Shown piece by piece: positions 36,034 to 49,384 of a stretch of DNA of 49,384 nucleotides (position 1 is the stretch's first letter; every line of letters begins with the position of its first letter). The notes under the pieces were generated by a model. The model had not been told where the DNA came from, searched no databases, and saw nothing but the letters and a program-made list of their open reading frames with translations. The DNA lies in contig JAHBMJ010000369.1 of NCBI GenBank assembly GCA_018398765.1, forward strand, positions 1 through 49,384, in the 5' to 3' direction. The DNA is from Chromera velia. Lineage: Eukaryota. The position numbers and the translations under genes are program-made.

Positions 36034-39000
36034 ATGGCGACGGCGAACTCTGCCTCGCAACCAGTCGAGGCGAAGAGCTTCGCCAGAAGGGACCACATTC
36101 GGTCTGTCGAGAAGGCAATGCAGAAGCTCTGGGAGGAGAAGGGAGCATACTGCGTGAATGCACCTGCCAAGTGGGGAGACAAAAAGGAAGACGAAAAGTT
36201 CTTCTGCACCTTTCCCTACCCGTACATGAACGGACGCCTCCATCTAGGTCATGCCTTCACAATGACGAAGGCGGAATTCCAAGCTCGATTCCAGAGACAT
36301 CTGGGGAAGACTGTCCTGTGGCCCTTCGGGTTTCATTGCACTGGTCCGTCTCCCTCCATGCTTGCTTCGTCTCCTTTGCCGTCTCTCCCGTCTCCCCCTT
36401 CATACACAAACTGCACCTGAGCAATCCTCCTCCCCGAAGATGAATTTCAGTCTGGTGCCTCAAGCGTCTCCTTTTGGACCTTCAAGACTACATTTTACAC
36501 TACCGCCCGAGTTCTGTCTCTCACCCAGCCTCACCCGCTCCCCATTTCCACTCTCTCTTCATCCTTGCCGGTGCCGCTCAATTTCCTCCGGGCCCCCTTC
36601 TTTCTCTTGGCAACAACCCTTCTTTTTTTCTAGGCTACAAAAATGTTTGACGTTTGCAGGCTTCATGATCAAATCCAAGGAATGCAAATGAACGAAAGCG
36701 TCGACAGGAAGAAAGCAAAGCCTGCGTGCAAGCCCCCACCCCCTTCCCCTCTCCCTGCAGGAATGCCCATTGCAGCAGCTGCTGACAAGATCAGACACGA
36801 AATTCAACACAAAGGGGAGAAGGAGGAGGAGACAGTCAAGGAATGTGCGTAGCCGGGGGGGTGCCAATGGCGTTTCTCTTTTTCGATCGAGTTTTCCTAT
36901 TATCCTTTTTCCCTTTGCCTTATCTTTGTCCCCTCTCCCTTCTCTCCTTCATTCAGGGAGATGGTGTGATTCGCTCTCTGTCTATGTTCCTTTCTTTTTC
37001 TCCTCATCAAGTAAACGAATACGCCAAGAGATCGAAGAGCATTTTCTTGTATGTTAGCGCACACATTTGCACACCACAAAGCATTATGATTACGTTTGCG
37101 TTCGTTCTTTTCTTGTGCAGCCACCGAGACTCCCGCCCCCCCTGCAACAAATGGACAGGCGACAGAAGTCCCACCTGAGGGGGGTGAGAAGAAATTCTCC
37201 GGCAAGAAGAGCAAGGCTGTGGCGAAGGGGGGAGGGAAGAAGAGTCAGATCGAGATCATGAGGTCCATGGGAGTGTCAGACGCAGAGATACCCAAATTCG
37301 CAGACCCTCTGCACTGGCTGGAATACTTCCCTCCCCTCGGCATGGCAGATCTGAAGATCTTTGGGGTGGCTGTGGACTGGAGACGGTCATTCATCACCAC
37401 AGACGTCAACCCCTACTATGACGCCTTCATAAGGTACGACTGCTTCCCCCATTCTTTGGACTTCTCTCCCTCCTTTCCCCCCTCTCTCCTGTTTACTCCT
37501 CGTGTTTCATTCTATCTTTTTCGTGATTTATTGTGCCTGTTCTTGTCTGTCCTTCCTATGTTCTCTTCTCTATCTTCCTCGAACCCACACGCCCCCCCGG
37601 CGGGGACACCTTTTGTGCCCCACTCCGACTCCAGCACAACGCTGTCACACATAGACTTCCTTCCATGTCGATGTGACGCACGCAGGTGGCATTTCAATCG
37701 GCTGAAGGCGTCTGGCAAGATCAAATTCGGGAAGCGTCTGGCGATCTACTCGACTATCGATGGGCAGCCTTGTGCTGATCATGACAGGTGGGTCTGCTTG
37801 TCTTTCTAGTGGTCTGTCTGTCTGTTTGTCTGCCTGTTGGTATGTTATATCTGTTTGTTGGTTAGTTACTTTTTTTCTGTGGGTTGGTGCATTTTGACCC
37901 TTGATCAAAGACAAAAAGGGAACCAGAAACGCAGTCTCTGAGTCTCTCAGTCTCCTTCTGTGGTTCGGTGGGCCGCTCTGTCTGAGTAGGCATTTCTTTT
38001 TGTCACTCTATTGATCAGCCCTTTTTGTGATGATAAATTCGTGTACACACAAAAAGCTGGTTGATTGGGTTGGTTTTCTGATGTGCAAGGTGTCCTTTTC
38101 TCTTCTTGCTCTTATGCTTCATTCTTTTGGTTGCTCGCCAAAAACCTTCATTTATTCACTGCTCGCCAAAACCCGACATTCCATTCACTATCTGTGTGCC
38201 TGCCTCTCTGCAGAGCCTCCGGCGAGAACGTTGTACCCCAGGAGTACACCCTGATCAAGATGAAGGTGCAGTCTCTGGAATCCTTTTCTGACTCTGAGAA
38301 GGCGGCAGTCGGGCAGAGACCCGTGTTCTTTGTTGCAGCCACTCTGAGACCAGAGACCATGTACGGTCAGACAAACTGCTTTGTGCTGCCTGAAGGGGTG
38401 TACGGCGCTTTCGTGACTTGCTCAGATGAGGTGTTCATCTGCTCACGTCGCTCTGCGAGGAATATGGGGTACCAGGAAATTGCCAAGATGGAGGTACCAG
38501 AAAAGGGAGCGAGAATTGACGCACGCGACCAGCCCCTGCCCGAGCCCGTGTGTCTGTTTGAGATCGAAGGAAAGCGCCTGATCGGTGCACCCCTGTCGGC
38601 CCCCAATGCGACATTCCCGACAGTGTACGCACTGCCGATGATGACGATCTCGATGGAAAAGGGGACAGGGGTGGTGACGTCTGTGCCCTCAGACGCTCCG
38701 GATGACTACGCAGCTCTGAAGGACCTGAAGGTTGGAGGCCGCTCTTGATTTCTTCTTGTTGTTCTTCTTCTGGTGATTTATTGTTCGGCTGCTGTCTTGT
38801 TCTTTTTGTTCTTCTTCTGGTCATGTATTGTTTGGGTCGATGGATCATTCCCCCAAAAGAAAGGATTTCAGGGTTTGGCAACAACCCGAGGTCTTCCTTT
38901 CTTTAAGGACCTTTTCTTCTTCCCCTTACTTTTCTACTCAGAGTCCCGAATGGAAACCTGTTGACTGAATCCTTTCGTGCCCCCCCCGGGTTTTTTTTTT

Positions 39001-42000
39001 TCTTCTGGTGCTAAGGAAGTCCTCTCCCTCCCTTCTTCCCTCTGTGTAGGACAAGCCCGCCCTCCGAGAGAAATTCGGTGTGAAGGAGGAGTGGGTGATG
39101 CCCTTCGAGGTCGTGGAGATCATCGAGATTCCCGGGTACGGGAGGCAGCCTGCAGTGAAGCTGTACGAGGACAAGAAGATCAAGAGCCAGAACGACAAAG
39201 AGAAACTGGCAGAGGCCAAGGGAGAGGTTTATCTGAAGGGATTCTATGAGGGTATCCTGCTCGTGGGACAATTCGCAGGCAAGAAGGTGAGTGAGTGCCC
39301 GATGACTGTCAAAGCGGGCAATGTTTTTTCTTTTCTCTTCAACGAGAAGCTGGGGCGAAGAAAAGCACAAGTCTCCGTCTCTGTGGTGTCGTGTGAGCAT
39401 GTCAGGGTGCGTGAGTATTGAAAAGGCGACCAGGGCAGCCCTATCAGGCCGTTGGAATGAGCCAAAGGTTTTTTTCAAACGAAACAAATCCTTTCTTTTC
39501 GTTGAGCTGTTCTCAGTCTGCGGTCCTTGTGCCATTCAGAAGGACTGCCTGACACCCCTCCCGTCTCTCTGGACGTGCAAATGAGACGGTGTATTTGCGT
39601 GAGTGCGTGTGCAGGTGTGCGACGCAAAGGGTCTGTGCAGGACGGAGCTGATCCAGAGGTGGGCAGCTGTGGGGATGGGATTGGGGTGTTTGTCTGTGTC
39701 TGCACGTACTCTTTGCTTGTCCTTCTGTAGGTCTGGCCCCTGCCGGTCACTTTTCTTTGCACCGAAGCCCTCGAATCGCCTGCAGAGCCTCTCATCTGCT
39801 TCCTCTGGTCTTAATTTGCCTTCTAACGCGTTTTTGCTCCCCCCTTTCCCCCTCCACCTGCAGAGGCGAGGCTCTGACTTACAGTGAGCCCGAGAAGCCT
39901 GTGGTGTCCAGATCTGGAGACGACTGCGTGGTTGCTCTGTGTGACCAGTGGTACCTGCCGTACGGGGAAGATCCATGGAAGACCAACGTGGAGGAACACG
40001 TAAGGGACCCTGAGAGGTTCAACGCGTTTGCCCCTCAGGCTCTGAATCAGTTCACTCACACTCTGGGATGGCTGAAGGACTGGGCTTGCTCTCGGTCTTA
40101 CGGCCTGGGGACGAAACTCCCATGGGACAAAGAGGTCGTGATTGAGAGTCTCAGCGACTCCACGATCTATATGGCGTACTACACCATCGCCCATCTGCTG
40201 CAGGTTTGTTCGTTACATTCCGTTCGGATGTGTGAGATTGCTCTTATCTTGTCTGCTCTAAGTTGACGTCGTTTTGCTTCCAAAGCTCTCTCTACACTCT
40301 CCCTTCAACTTCCTGCTCCCTCTTGCGGAAGGTCGTCTTGGATTCTTGAGTCAGGTTGTCTGCTCTTTGGCACTTTTTCCCGTATGTGTCGTGTTCCTCC
40401 CCCTCTCTCGTTTTCACGCCTGTGTTGTTCCTCCTCCCCCCCCCTGTCCCTCCCTGTGTTTGCAGAAAGATCTGTTCGGCAAAGAGAAGGGAGAGCTGGG
40501 TCTGACTCCCGACCAGCTGACAGACGAGGTGTTCGATTTCGTCTTCTGCCTGTCGGACTCGATGCCTGCCTCCTCCTCTGTGCCTCCCGAGGCTCTGGAA
40601 CAGATGAGGAGGGAGTTCTCCTTCTGGTCGGTCAGCGGCCTGGCTTGCTTCGCCTTCCAGTTTTTTGGGGTGTCAGGGTTTGTGTGAGTGGGTGTGCATG
40701 TAGCAGCTCCAGATGCCTTCAGTATTTTGCTTCGTCTCCTCTTAGTGCCGTCCGCCTCTGATTTTTTCGTCTGTTTCTGTGTCTTCCTGTCTCTCTCTTT
40801 GTGCATTTCCTTCCTATAATGCCAAGACCTTGTGTCGCATATGGAAATGCCAGTGTCTCTTTTTTCGTACATTTGCATCTTTGAACCCGTGTGGTTGCAT
40901 GCAGGTACCCGATGAACCTGAGGGTGTCTGGGAAGGACCTGATCCCTAATCACCTCACGATGGCTTTGTACAACCACGCAGCCATATGGGAGAAGCAGCC
41001 AGACAAGTGGCCCAAGGGCTTCTTCTCCAACGGCCACGTTCTGGTCAATGCAGAGAAAATGTCCAAGAGCGCAGGCAATTTCCTCACGGTCACTGATGTG
41101 GTGGAACAGTACACTGCCGACGCGACCCGTCTCTGCTGTGCAGATGCAGGCGACTCTCTGGAGGACGCCAACTTCACCACAGAGACGGCTAACGCGACCA
41201 TTCTGAGGCTGTGGAATGTTGAGCAGTTTGCGGCAGAGGTCGCGGAGGGCCTGCAGAAGGGCGTGTACCGGTAAGTCTGTGTGTAAGACTACCCACTGAC
41301 GTATCCGAGGAGCATGATGCAGTGGATACGGCAACCTACACATTGACAGAGGGGGGGTGAGGCGGGGACGGAGGGACAGGGAGAAAGAGACAGAAGGACA
41401 AGCAGATACACATTCAGAAAGAAAAAGACAGAAAAAAAGGCCGAAAGGCCGAACAGGAGGAAGAAGGCGAGCAGAAACAGAGTGGTAGACAAATGACCAA
41501 ACAAATGAACGTCTGTATCCATGAATAAATGGATGAATGAATGAACGAACGAATGAACGAACGAACGAATGAATGAATGAATGAATGAATGAATGCAGCA
41601 CGGGTCCCAAGACAGAGGCCGACTCGATGTTTGAAGCTGAGGTCTTCAGGCTGGTCTCTGAGTGTAAGGGCGCCTTTGAGAGGATGATTTACAGAGACGC
41701 CCTAAAGGCAGGATTCTATGATTTCCAGACGGCGAGGGACGTATATAGACTGCATTGCGGGCCCGAGGAGATGCATTCAGAGTGCATCGCCATGTGGCAG
41801 GGTCAGTAGGCAAGGAATGAAAGAGCAGTTATGCATCATTTTGTGTTCGTCCGATCTGCTCAGTTTATGCCATTTTTTTCATTCCGCGGCTTCGATGCGT
41901 GGTGTGTGAACGTGCACTCTGCGCCTGTTTACCGCGGTACACAAACGGAAATGGATCAATCTCCGCTGGCTTCGCTATCCCTGCTTTCTCCGCCTTTCTG

Positions 42001-43694
42001 AGAAAACAGGGACGTTGGCCCGCGTACAGAAACGAACAAACAAACAAACAAAAAGAGTTGCTCCCTGACAGACGCACTCAAGTAGATAGGGAGAAACGTT
42101 CACGCAATTTTCATTCTCTCCCTCTGTAGCATCTGTCTTCCGAAGAAAAAAATGTACATATTTTATTCGTATTGAGCCAGATTCGGCCCAAAAGCCTTTT
42201 TTTTTCATTCATTCCCCCCATCTCCTCCTGCTTCTCTCTCCTCCCTCCTTCGCAGAGTTCCAGATGATCCTGCTGTCACCCATCTGTCCCCACATGTGCG
42301 AGCACATTTGGCAGTCCGTCCTGAAGAAGGACGGGCTGTGCGTCTGCGCCCCCTGGTCCGTTGTGCCTGAACCCGACCCGATGCTGCTGAGACAGCGGGC
42401 CGTGCTGCTGACGTCTGTCGGTGACTTCCGAGCAGCCAAGGACAAGGCCGTGCAGCAGCTGACGAAGAAGAAAAAGGGCAAGCAGGCCGACGCCTCAGCA
42501 GCACCAGAGAAGCCCCCCGAGCTGGACGCCTCTGTTGTCTACGTGGCGACTTCCTACCTAGACTTCCAGCAGACAGCCCTGGAGATGATGCAACAGTTCG
42601 CCATAGACCCGCAGACCAACGACCTGCCCAAGGATTTTATTTCGGACCTGAAGGTAGGTCGGAGGGTCGCTGGGTTGATCTGTTTTGTTCGTTGGGCAGT
42701 TTGAATGCGGAAGCTTGCTTGGCTGCCGTGCTGTCTGGGTAGGTCGTCGGTCGGTCGGTCGGTCGGAGAGGCAAGATGGGGAAGTGTCTACGTGCTTCTG
42801 CAGGACTGACCGACTGACTGAATCTCTCTCCCTTTCTGCATACACATTCATGTGATGTGGTTGCCTTCCCCCTTGTGTGTCTGTGTGTGGGCAGAAATCC
42901 GAAACTCTGAAGTCGATGCCCGGGGACGTGGTGAAGAAAATCCTCCAGTTCGCGGCATTTCAGGCGAAGGTTTGTTAGAGTCGGCACACACTCTCCAGAG
43001 ATGGTATATCCAGAGATGGTCGAACCTCTTACTCCTCTCTTCATGCCATTGAACAGTCGCGAGCAACCCCGTCGTCTTTCTGATGGTGTCTCTCTTTGTT
43101 GTCTCCTGGGTCTCTCTCTCTGCCAATCCTGGTGCGTGTCCATCGTGTCTGACAGCTCTGTTCATGGTGACCTTCCTGCTGATGCTGGTTTTATTGATCT
43201 CACGGGTTTCGCCCGCCTGCCTGCACTCTTCTGTTGTTTTTTTCTGAATGAATGCAGGAGGTGAAGATTCGCGGGGCGGCGGCTCTGGAGCTGTCTCTGC
43301 CCTTTGATGAAGCCGATCTGCTGAGAAGGCACTCGGAGTTCGTCAAGCGGTCCATCGGCGTGAAGGGTCAGTCAGAGAATAGGCAATCCGCCATCTGCCG
43401 TCGCGATGAGTTTGAGGGAGTTTGTTCGTTCGATGGGGAGATTCGACATTGCTGTCTCAAATGTGTCGGGGGGATCTTTTTTCTCTGTCGCAAAATTCCT
43501 TCCTGGCTAGTTTTGGGGGGAATTTTCTTTCTAGCTATTTTTTGGCTTTCGATCTGCTGCAATCTATGGGCTTGCTTATGTGTGCAGATCTGGATATCTG
43601 GAAGGCTTCCGAACCTCATCCCTCAGACACGTCTGACAGGAGGACCCAGGCAACCCCCTGCAAGCCTGTGGTGCACTTCTACTCAAAAAGTTGA
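36034..43694 (+). CDS. LARS1: Cytosolic (eukaryote/archaeal-type) leucyl-tRNA synthetase, 15 exons
   Basis: [14 protein letters not shown] (HIGH motif), [83 protein letters not shown] and KMSKS. Exons 36034-36343, 36761-36844, 37121-37433, 37686-37787, 38214-38730, 39050-39286, 39615-39658, 39864-40203, 40466-40626, 40905-41270, 41599-41801, 42256-42653, 42895-42969, 43258-43366, 43588-43694; all GT-AG and in phase. Confidence 0.97.
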
Positions 43695-45615
43695 TGCATG
43701 CATGGGTGCTTGAATGGTTTGGCAATCGATCGCCTCCAAGGATCTACAACTTAAGGCATTCAAAGGGGCTGGAAATTTCGGACTGAATTCATGAAGTTGA
43801 AAAATTCTAGGAAAAATTTTACCTGAGAGATGGATATGCATTCATTGATACACAAGAAAGAATCGGCATAGAATCAAGTCAATCAACTCAATCGAGTGAC
43901 AAAATTTTTTGTGGTAATCCACACTAGAATGGTTGGATCAACTTAAATGTTTCCAGAAATTTTTGATGAAATTAAGCTAGTATTCCTTAGTATAGATCGA
44001 AACATGCATGTCTAAAGTGTGTTTGTGTTGTAATGTTAGAACTTTGAAAAAAAAATCAAAAGAAATTCTTTTACAAATTCTCTTTAAAAATACATCTAAC
44101 AATGATTGTTTTAAAAATTCGTTTAACTTAGGTTTCAACCATCAATACACAAAAATTATTAGCAACACATATACTGTTATCTGGATTTTTAAAATATAAT
44201 TTATATATATACTAGCTGAGTAGTATAGAGTCACAATTTCTTGTACCTAAACTTATACATTAAATCGGTTATTCTGTATTACTTTTTTTTTTATGACTCC
44301 GGTATCAGAAAAAAAACGGTAAGTGTATATGAGGTTGTATAAAAACAACAACCGTGACTTGAACCGTCACGAATCACGCCCAGTGACGCTCTGAGTCACT
44401 CTCTAAAACATGCTCAGATAGCAGAATAATGATTTACCGAGATAAGGTTCTAACATTTTTTCTGATCGAGAAATGATCGAAAATGACTTTAATGAAAAGG
44501 AGCACTGCCACCAGCACTTTCCGCACCGACCCAGACAAGTGTCTCCGATTCGTGAAACGTGAGGCTATCCGCACTAATCTGCACCCTTGTCTCCTCACCA
44601 GTCCTTTCTTCGAGCAAATTTGCAGTTTTCCTTCAAATTCGGCAAATCTGTGCATGACTTTTCTCCAACCAGCGTCACCACCTGAAGCCAATGCCCCAAC
44701 GTTCCTTCCCGAGAGAAAGCGAAAAAAAATGCAAAACAATGCAACAATGTTTCCCATCACCCCATATGAATTCATGTTGGACAATTGCCTTCGAGATCCA
44801 ACAGAAACGAATCGAAAAGAGAAGAAAATGAAACCACCAAAGCAAGAATTGAATTTCGTCAGCCAGCCTTCAGTGAGTTATGTCGATCGCTTTGCAAAGA
44901 GCTTTCTTCCTCGTTCTTCGGGTCTCGAGGGAACCTGCCTCACCCTCCTCTCGAAGCTTTGCGTGAGATCATGCAGTCATCCCCTGAACCCCCCCCCTTC
45001 GCATGCACACACAAGGGCGCCCCCGAAGCCTTCAAGAAGAGGTGGTGGAAGAGGAAGCAGGTCCCGAAGGCAGAGGAAGTGCCGACGCCCCTTCGGAATC
45101 TGCCGCTGTCAGAGCACCCGACCGATGACCTTCTCGACCGACGCCCGTGCCAGGGAGACAACCGGTCCCCGTCTCTGCATGCCCCCCGTTCCTCCCACCC
45201 CGGAGAACCTGCACCTCCCTGCCCTTCCCGTCGCAGGGGCCTGAGGGCCGATCCCGAAGAGAACTAATCTGCATGGACATGCAAATTGCATTAGATGGCA
45301 AGAAACAGCATCTGATTCACTGAAGGTACCAAGCGTGAAGGACTGGGAACTTACAGTGAGAAGTTGATAAGTAAGAAATAAGGCAGCAAGGTGTGCCTTT
45401 GCAAAAAGAAAGAAGGAAGGAAACGGTTAGAAGACCTCGGAAGACGAGTCGGTCAGTCTGGGAGAGACGGCAAGAGACGGACTGACACACTCATCTGTCG
45501 CCTGTCCCTCTATGTCTCCCTGCCTCCACCTCTCTCTGTCGACACACTCTCTCGTTGGGTGATTCGACTGTATCTCTCACAGGGTTGTACACGCACATAA
45601 CCATTCCATGTCAAA

Positions 45616-48600
45616 TCATGCCCCGCTTCCCTTTCTGACTGACTGGTTGATTTGGAGTCTCCGCAGATCGGAGATGCCCTCCGGGCTCTGGTAGTAGTTG
45701 GACTGATATGACCCGTAGAAGGGTCCCACTCTCATCCTCGCCCTCTCTGCCTCACCAGGGTCGCATCTTGCCTTGAATTCTCTCCACTCTGCGAACTTGG
45801 CCAGGTTGCACCCCTCACACCCTCCCCCGAAGTCTGGGAGGTGGGTGCTCTGGAGGTACTGCATGCCCACGTCAGTTATCCGAATGGTACGTCACCGGTG
45901 GGTTCCTCTGAAGGAATGTCAGGTGCTTCGCCAGGTCCATCCGAAGGGAGGGGGAACAGGACTCGCCCCAATCTCGGGCAAACCTAGAGAGTGCTGCTGG
46001 GTTGGAGTTCATCAGGAGAGCGTCCATGTGGCGGCTCTCCAAACGGTCGGGAAAGAACGAAGACCAACGCGCGGTCAGGGCAACAGCTATGTCAAGGGGG
46101 CAATTCACGTAGAAGTCGTGGAATTTGGACAGCCCAGCGGAGGCAGAGCCAACGAGCTGCATGAAAAGCTCACTGCTCGCGCTCTCGAGGCACTCACCCA
46201 CGTCCCCCAACAGAGACATCTCTGCCCTCCGAGCTGCCGCAAACAGCCAGGCGAAGGCGAGCTGTCTGAGTGGGAAGGACTTCACCTCCAACTCCGCCCT
46301 GACGTCTCTCAGACGAATTGGGTTGGCTCTCGCTCCTCCCGCCAAGTCGAAGCGGAGAGGCGCCACGAGTGCAACCCCTGTCGCCCCCACCCTCCCCTCC
46401 TTCGTTTCAGAAACGCACTGCAGGACCTCAGACTTGAGAGGACCTTCTGAGGTCAGCTCCCTCTCCGCGTCTGCATTCTCTGCGTTCGTCCGGTCCCTTA
46501 CAAACACGCGAACACTCGCCTGAAATGCGCGAGGGCTACGGGAGCGATGCTCATGGGTACAGAGAGACTGGCAGCAGTTCCTTTTCCTGTCTGAAAAGTA
46601 ATGAGGCCATATGTGAGAATAGAGTGCGCGACAGAGGGCAACATTGACCCACAGGACTGCGGATGGGGGAAGGAAGAGGTCGGAAGGAGGGACGCACGGC
46701 CCCGAGTGGCAATATTTCGGTTTCTGTTGGGTTGTCTCGTCTGCATCTCCATCTGCCTCCTCTGCCAAGGCTTCTTGTCGGCGTTCGCACTGGATTTCGT
46801 CCTTCCAGCGATTCGGGGCCTCCAAGAGGGGGCGCACTTGGGGGGTAAGGTACGGAAAGTCTCCTGAGAGGACAGAGAAGGGAAAGAGAAAAGGAACAGG
46901 AAGAAACTCTCCCCCCTCAATCTCTCTCTGAGTGTCTCTCTCTTCCATTGCTTCGCCCAGCCTCCTTTCTCTTTCCCTCTCCCTCTCCCTCGATCTCGAC
47001 CTGCTGCGACCCCTGTGACGATCTGCGCTCTGTCCCCTGTCGTTCTGCTGACTCTGGGCCCCCACCCCCCTCCAAGGTGAGACCATCCCAAGCAGGCCGG
47101 CAAGGCGGCCACTTTGTGGTGCAGAGGCTTCTTTATCGGAGGCAGAGGGTCGGAGTGTGCGCGAGTTGACGAAGGGAAGCGGACACTGATGGGACAGAGA
47201 CCGGGGGAAGCCAGGGGGGGACACGAGAGGAGGGGCAGGCCAAACGGGGGGGTGCCCCTCCACCCGTAGCACTCGGGTCGTGGCTCTGCCCCTGGACCGA
47301 TGTGGAGAGGTTTCAAATCACTCAACACACAGGCGGCGACGTTGTCGTCTGGGAAATCAAAGCCCCAGTGCACTGAACCGTCATACAGGCCGACAGACGG
47401 TCCCAAATACCGAACCCTCTCCTCCTCCCACTTCGCATCTGTTCGGGACCAGGGAGGAACCACTGTGGTAGAGCTGAGGCCGTTCACTTGGTGGGCCATG
47501 ATTCCCCCTTTTATTTCTGGGTCGAGACGGCGTAGCGGAGGCACATAAGCCTTCAACACCGCTGACACCTGGGAATCCGCTGGGAAATCTTCTTTTTTCA
47601 CAGCACTGCAGAGCTGATTTTTGATATTCAGCATTGTCATCTGCATTTTTTTGACGTGTTGGATCTGGTCATCAAAGGCCTCCTCCTCCTTCTGACGTTG
47701 TCGCTCTCCCTCTCCGTCCTTCTGCCGCCCCGTCTCTTTGGAACCCCCCCCACGGCCAAAGAGACGGCTGAAGAGTTCACCGTAGGAACCGACACGGAGG
47801 GCAGACAGCAAAAAGGGCCCCAGAGTGTCAAAGTTTCTGTCGACTGTCTGAGGACAGAGGCTGAATTCAACAAGAGAACCCGAGATGAAATCAGACACCG
47901 CCCGGCTGTCCGGAATCCCGGAGCCCTCAGCGGAGACAGCTGAGCGACAGAGCTCCAAGGTCTCCGGTTTCTGCAGCCAGAAACACGTGACTCTTTTATG
48001 TACGAACGTCCGTACATGCAAATAGGCGAGGTGCGCGCCCACATGTACACATACAAACAGATCAGAGGCACACAAAGAGAGAACTGCATGCACATTTGCA
48101 GATCCACCGCGTATGCTATGACAGTGTAACTCAACTTTGAAACTGGCACGGCAAATTCCGAACACGCCATGCAGAGTCGATCTCACGAAATCCCACACAG
48201 TTATCAGGCGGCACGATAACTATCCGGTCAGATGCTCATTGCTTCGCTCAAACTCACAACCACACCACACTAAGCCAAGGCGTATCATCTTGGTTGAGGA
48301 ACACATAACTGTCGAGGAGGCTTCTTTTTAGGTCAGATGCTTGTTGTCTTCCTGCCAGAGCGTGTCTTTGAACATGTTTCTGGCTGTTGCACGAAGGAAG
48401 GTTTTCAAGACCACGGAAGACGGGAACTTTCTAACCGCGACAGCACCGACAGAACTGACTCACCTTCAAGATCAGCGGAGCAACATCGACCAGCAGCTGT
48501 GGCATGTGACGTGTCAGTCTCCTGCAGAGAGAGGGCGACTGGAGACAGACTGCGAAGAGCTCCCTGAGGAAAGGATTTTCCGCATCGGCTTTGCATCCCG

Positions 48601-49384
48601 AGTCAGACCGGCACCCGTCCTCTTTCCGCGTCTGCAACAACTATGGATCGGCGAAAAGACAAAAAGTTTCCCGGGAGCAGACGGACAAAGAGGCAGAGAC
48701 ACACTGAGAAACCCTGACTATTTGGCGATTATTTATTCGGCAAAGCTACTTCTCGTCCGTCACAACGAACAAACGCACACAAAAGCATCAAACCAGATAG
48801 ATGGATACAGGCAGCCAGTCATGCAGGTGGGAAAAAAGCAGCGAGGTCAACAGATCCATGCACCAAAAGGGTTCAGATGCAGAAACAGAGAGGCAGATCA
48901 GACGGAGCAAGACATTGTATAGCTGACTGACCAGAGGATCTGTCATGGTTCCTTCCCTCTGTCTGCTCTTGAAGTGCACAGGCATTCCCGTTGTGGCCTG
49001 TGTGTAGTCGAACGTGGGAGGGGTGCCTGACACAGGATTGTGTTCGGAGGGTGCGACGGCAGCAGCGGCAGCAGCCACCACTTGTCCGCCCCCGCCTATC
49101 ATGCCTGCGCCACCTCCGACTCCCCCCATCACGCCCATGCCAGCACCGCCCCCGCCCATCATGCCTGCGCCACCTCCGACTACCCCCATCACGCCCATGC
49201 CAGCACCGCCCCCGCCCATCATGCCTGCGCCACCTCCGACTACCCCCATCACGCCCATGCCAGCACCGCCCCCGCCCATCATGCCTGCGCCACCTCCGAC
49301 TACCCCCATCACGCCCATGCCAGCACCGCCCCCGCCCATCATGCCTGCGCCACCTCCGACTACCCCCATCACGCCCATGCCAGC
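45616..49384 (-). pseudogene. Partial multi-exon gene of unknown function (starts beyond the window), probably frameshifted
   Basis: Exon from >49384 to 48932 (Gly/Met repeat) joins exon 48631-48464 in phase. A long coding-like stretch from the acceptor at 47970 switches frame near 47270 and near 45890 without clear introns. No domain recognised. Confidence 0.45.
49086..49384. repeat. 60-bp tandem repeat, at least 5 copies, running off the window
   Basis: Unit CCGCCCCCGCCCATCATGCCTGCGCCACCTCCGACTACCCCCATCACGCCCATGCCAGCA; the minus strand encodes GVMGVVGGGAGMMGGGGAGM. Confidence 0.97.

Noticed and set aside
44785..45267. Short Pro/Arg-rich ORFs downstream of LeuRS
   Set aside because: No recognisable domain or splice support; cannot be distinguished from chance ORFs.

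Overview
Eukaryotic, intron-rich, microsatellite-dense genomic DNA. Its style (GT-AG introns full of SSRs, TGCATGCA motifs, an ankyrin pseudogene) fits a chromerid alveolate such as Chromera velia; this is inference only. Apparently intact genes: an intronless nitroreductase (-) head-to-head with a 2-exon CobW/COG0523 GTPase carrying an extra C-terminal domain (+), and a ~2,000-aa multi-exon WW+IQ protein with a CEP164-like N-terminus (-) head-to-head with a 15-exon cytosolic leucyl-tRNA synthetase (+). The rest is repeat-rich: a ~1-kb inverted duplication, a ~1.1-kb nested fold-back element, a degraded OTU-protease gene, a 5'-truncated LINE flanked by a 204-bp direct repeat, a degraded APE-RT LINE plus a related 3'-end remnant, a 234-bp MITE with an 8-bp TSD, a tRNA-like Pol III cassette, an ankyrin pseudogene and a partial gene with a 60-bp Gly/Met repeat. 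The repeat pairs I compared differ almost only by C/T and G/A transitions. No prokaryotic-type system (CRISPR, operon) is present. Exon boundaries were derived by hand.
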